A stretch of DNA of 40,740 nucleotides from Microcoleaceae cyanobacterium (lineage in GTDB: Bacteria; Cyanobacteriota; Cyanobacteriia; Cyanobacteriales; Microcoleaceae): the NCBI GenBank assembly GCA_051652765.1, contig JBOFUV010000042.1, positions 1 through 40,740 of the forward strand, in the 5' to 3' direction. The position numbers and the translations under genes are program-made. The notes beneath the pieces are model-generated. The model ran no database searches. It had not been told where the DNA came from and worked only from the letters and a program-made list of their open reading frames with translations. Shown piece by piece: positions 38,177 through 40,740 of this stretch (positions within the stretch are counted from its first letter, which is position 1; each line of letters starts with the position of its first letter).

Positions 38177-39586
38177 ATGACTGCTCAAAAGGAACCCATT
38201 GCATCTCACTCCTCTGCCACAAGCTATCTGATCCTGATTGCTGGGGTTGCAGCCCTAGGCGGATTTTTATTTGGATTTGATACTGCTGTCATTAATGGTG
38301 CTGTCGTTGCCCTGCAAAACCACTTTACTACCTCATCCACTGTCACGGGATTAGCGGTCTCTTTGGCCCTCCTCGGATCAGCACTGGGAGCCTTTTTTGC
38401 AGGCCCAATTGCCGATCGGAGTGGCCGGGTAAAATCGATGGTGGCGGCGGCTGGATTGTTTATCATCAGTGCCATTGGTTCCGGTTTGCCAATTACCATT
38501 TGGGACTTTATTTTCTGGCGGTCGGTGGGGGGAGTGGCAGTCGGAGTGGCGAGCGTAATTGCTCCGGCTTATATTGCGGAGATTTCCCCGAGCCACCTGC
38601 GGGGACGGTTAGGGTCTCTGCAACAGTTGGCCATTGTGACTGGGATTTTTGTAGCTCTGCTGGCTGCAGATTTGATTGTCCGGCTTGCAGGTTCAGCAGA
38701 AAATCCCTTTTGGTTTGGTATTGATGCTTGGCGCTGGATGTTTTGGCTAGAAGTGATTCCAGCGGTGATCTATGGCTTAGGAGCGTTGCGGATTCCCGAA
38801 TCTCCCCGTTACTTGGTTGCTCAAGGACGTGAGCAGGAAGCTGCGGTTGTTCTGGAAAAGGTTATAGGGGGAGATGTCCAGACCAAAGTGCGCGAAATTC
38901 GAGACACGATTCAGCTTGAACACAAACCTCAACTGTCTGATTTGATCAGCCGTAGCGGGGGATTGCTGCCCATTGTTTGGGTTGGCATAGGTCTATCCGT
39001 CTTTCAACAGTTTGTCGGCATCAACGTCATCTTCTACTACAGCAGCCTCCTCTGGCGCTCTGTGGGCTTTAATGAATCTGACTCCCTGCTAATAACGGTC
39101 ATCACTAGCGCAACGAATATTGTGACTACGTTGATTGCGATCGCCTTTGTGGACAAGTTTGGTCGGAAGCCCTTACTGTTGTTTGGTTCTATTGGTATGA
39201 CAATTACCCTAGGAACGATGGCCTGGGTCTTTGGCAATGCGGCTCTTGATGCCCAGGAAAATCCTGTATTAACCGGTTCAGCAGGAATCATTGCTCTGAT
39301 TGCTGCCAACGCCTATGTGCTGTTCTTTGGGTGTTCTTGGGGGCCTGTGGTCTGGGTAATGCTGGGTGAAATGTTTAATAACAAAATTCGAGCGATGGCA
39401 TTGTCGGTTGCGGCGGCTGTTCAGTGGGTTGCAAATTTCCTGGTTTCTACCTCCTTCCCACCGATCTTGGATAAATTTGGCCTAGGTTCTGCCTATGGGC
39501 TTTACACCATCGCTGCTGCGAGTTCTATCTTTTTTGTCTGGTTCTTCATCAAAGAAACAAAGGGCCGCGAGCTAGAGGACATGTAA
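38177..39586 (+). CDS. glcP: MFS sugar porter, glucose:H+ symporter
   Basis: GGFLFGFDTAVINGA, YIAEISP..RGRLGSLQQ, PESPRYL, QQFVGINVIFYY, ETKGRELE. Co-oriented with glk. Confidence 0.92.
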   Translation: MTAQKEPIASHSSATSYLILIAGVAALGGFLFGFDTAVINGAVVALQNHFTTSSTVTGLAVSLALLGSALGAFFAGPIADRSGRVKSMVAAAGLFIISAIGSGLPITIWDFIFWRSVGGVAVGVASVIAPAYIAEISPSHLRGRLGSLQQLAIVTGIFVALLAADLIVRLAGSAENPFWFGIDAWRWMFWLEVIPAVIYGLGALRIPESPRYLVAQGREQEAAVVLEKVIGGDVQTKVREIRDTIQLEHKPQLSDLISRSGGLLPIVWVGIGLSVFQQFVGINVIFYYSSLLWRSVGFNESDSLLITVITSATNIVTTLIAIAFVDKFGRKPLLLFGSIGMTITLGTMAWVFGNAALDAQENPVLTGSAGIIALIAANAYVLFFGCSWGPVVWVMLGEMFNNKIRAMALSVAAAVQWVANFLVSTSFPPILDKFGLGSAYGLYTIAAASSIFFVWFFIKETKGRELEDM

Positions 39587-39661
39587 GACTGTGCTGGTTG
39601 GCGGTTGCTTGATCAACTAATCCGGCTCCTGACCGAGGTTTCTCAATGAGGAGACAAAACC

Positions 39662-40740
39662 ATGAACATTGCTGAATTAGGGACTTGGCTGCAAGAACGA
39701 ACGGCGCTCAGCTCACTGAGTCGAACTATCCTGGGGGAAATTGCCGCCCATTTGGAAAACCGTTCCATCGCTGCACATCAAACCGTTGTAATCGAGGGCA
39801 ATTCTCCAGAGGGCCTGTATATCCTGGAAACGGGTCGGATTGAGATCCAAACCTACCGTCTGCAAGCTTACAGTTTACTCCCCGGAGCTGTGATTAATCT
39901 CCAGGAGTTGCTGCTAGAACAGCCTGTTCGCCAAACCCTGATTACCCTGGGCCCTTGCCAACTGTGGTTTATCGCTGCCGAACCGTTTCAACACTTGATT
40001 CAACGTCACCCAGAAATTAATCAAGCGTTTTCCCAACAACTGGTTCAAGAAGTCGAAGTTCTCACCTCCCAACTCGCCTACGAACAGGAACGACTGACGA
40101 CGTTACAGCCCTATCTTGTGCCCAAAGTCAAACGGGGAGTTGTGGGCAAAAGTCGCTATGCGGTTAAACTGCGATCGCAAATTATTCAAGCAGCTCAAAA
40201 CCAGAATCCGGTCATGATTTTTGGAGAACCGGGCTTGGAAAAAGATAACCTAGCGGCCCTAATTCACTTTAGCTCCTCCGATCGGAGAAAGCCGATGATT
40301 AAAGTGGATTGCAGCAAGTTACAGACTAGTGGAGCGGAGCTATTTGGCCGAATGGGTGGGAAAGCCGGACTGATTGAGGTTCTGGGAGAAGGAACCTTAT
40401 TCCTGAACAATGTAGAACAAATTCCCCAAACTGTAATTGCGCCGCTGATCCAGTTAATTCAAACGAGCCTCTACACTCCAATCAGTGGGCCGGGAGAGCT
40501 GATTGCCGAGCCAAGGCATTGCAACGTTAGACTGATTCTAGTCTCGGAAAAAATAGTTCCAAAATTAGCAAAGGTGATTTCCACTGCAATTAAAGTCGTG
40601 CCATTGCGGGTGCGGAAAGCAGACATTGAAGACTGGGTCAACTACTTTATCAGCTTAATCTGCCGAGACCAACGAATTCGGAAAGTTCGGATCACTCCAG
40701 AGGCTCTGAGACGACTGCAAGCCTATGATTTCCCCAACAA
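39662..40740 (+). CDS. cNMP-binding plus sigma54-activator-like AAA+ domain protein (runs off the window end)
   Basis: Not in the ORF track. GAGGAG RBS, then MNIAELGTWLQERTAL..GLYILETG (cNMP fold), GVVGKSRYA, IFGEPGLEKDNLAALIHF, ELFG, GTLFLNNVE. No stop seen before the window end. Confidence 0.85.
   Translation, partial: MNIAELGTWLQERTALSSLSRTILGEIAAHLENRSIAAHQTVVIEGNSPEGLYILETGRIEIQTYRLQAYSLLPGAVINLQELLLEQPVRQTLITLGPCQLWFIAAEPFQHLIQRHPEINQAFSQQLVQEVEVLTSQLAYEQERLTTLQPYLVPKVKRGVVGKSRYAVKLRSQIIQAAQNQNPVMIFGEPGLEKDNLAALIHFSSSDRRKPMIKVDCSKLQTSGAELFGRMGGKAGLIEVLGEGTLFLNNVEQIPQTVIAPLIQLIQTSLYTPISGPGELIAEPRHCNVRLILVSEKIVPKLAKVISTAIKVVPLRVRKADIEDWVNYFISLICRDQRIRKVRITPEALRRLQAYDFPN

Overview
A cyanobacterial chromosomal window, indicated by roughly 30 HIP1 GCGATCGC octamers counted by eye and by psbV/psbV2. 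It is mostly housekeeping genes: a thrC-like gene with moaD/thiS, egtC-egtB, a ferredoxin-DUF3326-CPBP cluster, an ABCD-type transporter, pilD, accD, psbV-psbV2, hemB, lysC, glk-glcP, and a truncated cNMP/AAA regulator at the right edge. Five loci stand out. (1) A TPR - small secreted peptide - TPR - CHAT(caspase-like)/CHASE2 receptor-protease cluster at 242-4660. (2) A threonine-synthase homologue plus sulfur carrier under an IscR/Rrf2-type operator, possibly a sulfur-carrier-dependent homocysteine route. (3) An IS-scarred redox island at 22.9-30.0 kb, with a Tat-exported multicopper oxidase operon divergent from a large His/Tyr-type (MauG/BthA-like) di-heme enzyme. (4) An RTX-tagged PQQ sugar dehydrogenase divergent from glk-glcP, which has a structured leader. 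(5) Three IS relics not recognisable in the ORF track (IS256 abutting IS66, and ISKra4). Short 12-23 bp tandem duplications recur at gene boundaries. No rRNA, tRNA or CRISPR array was seen. All family assignments come from motif recognition, not database searches.
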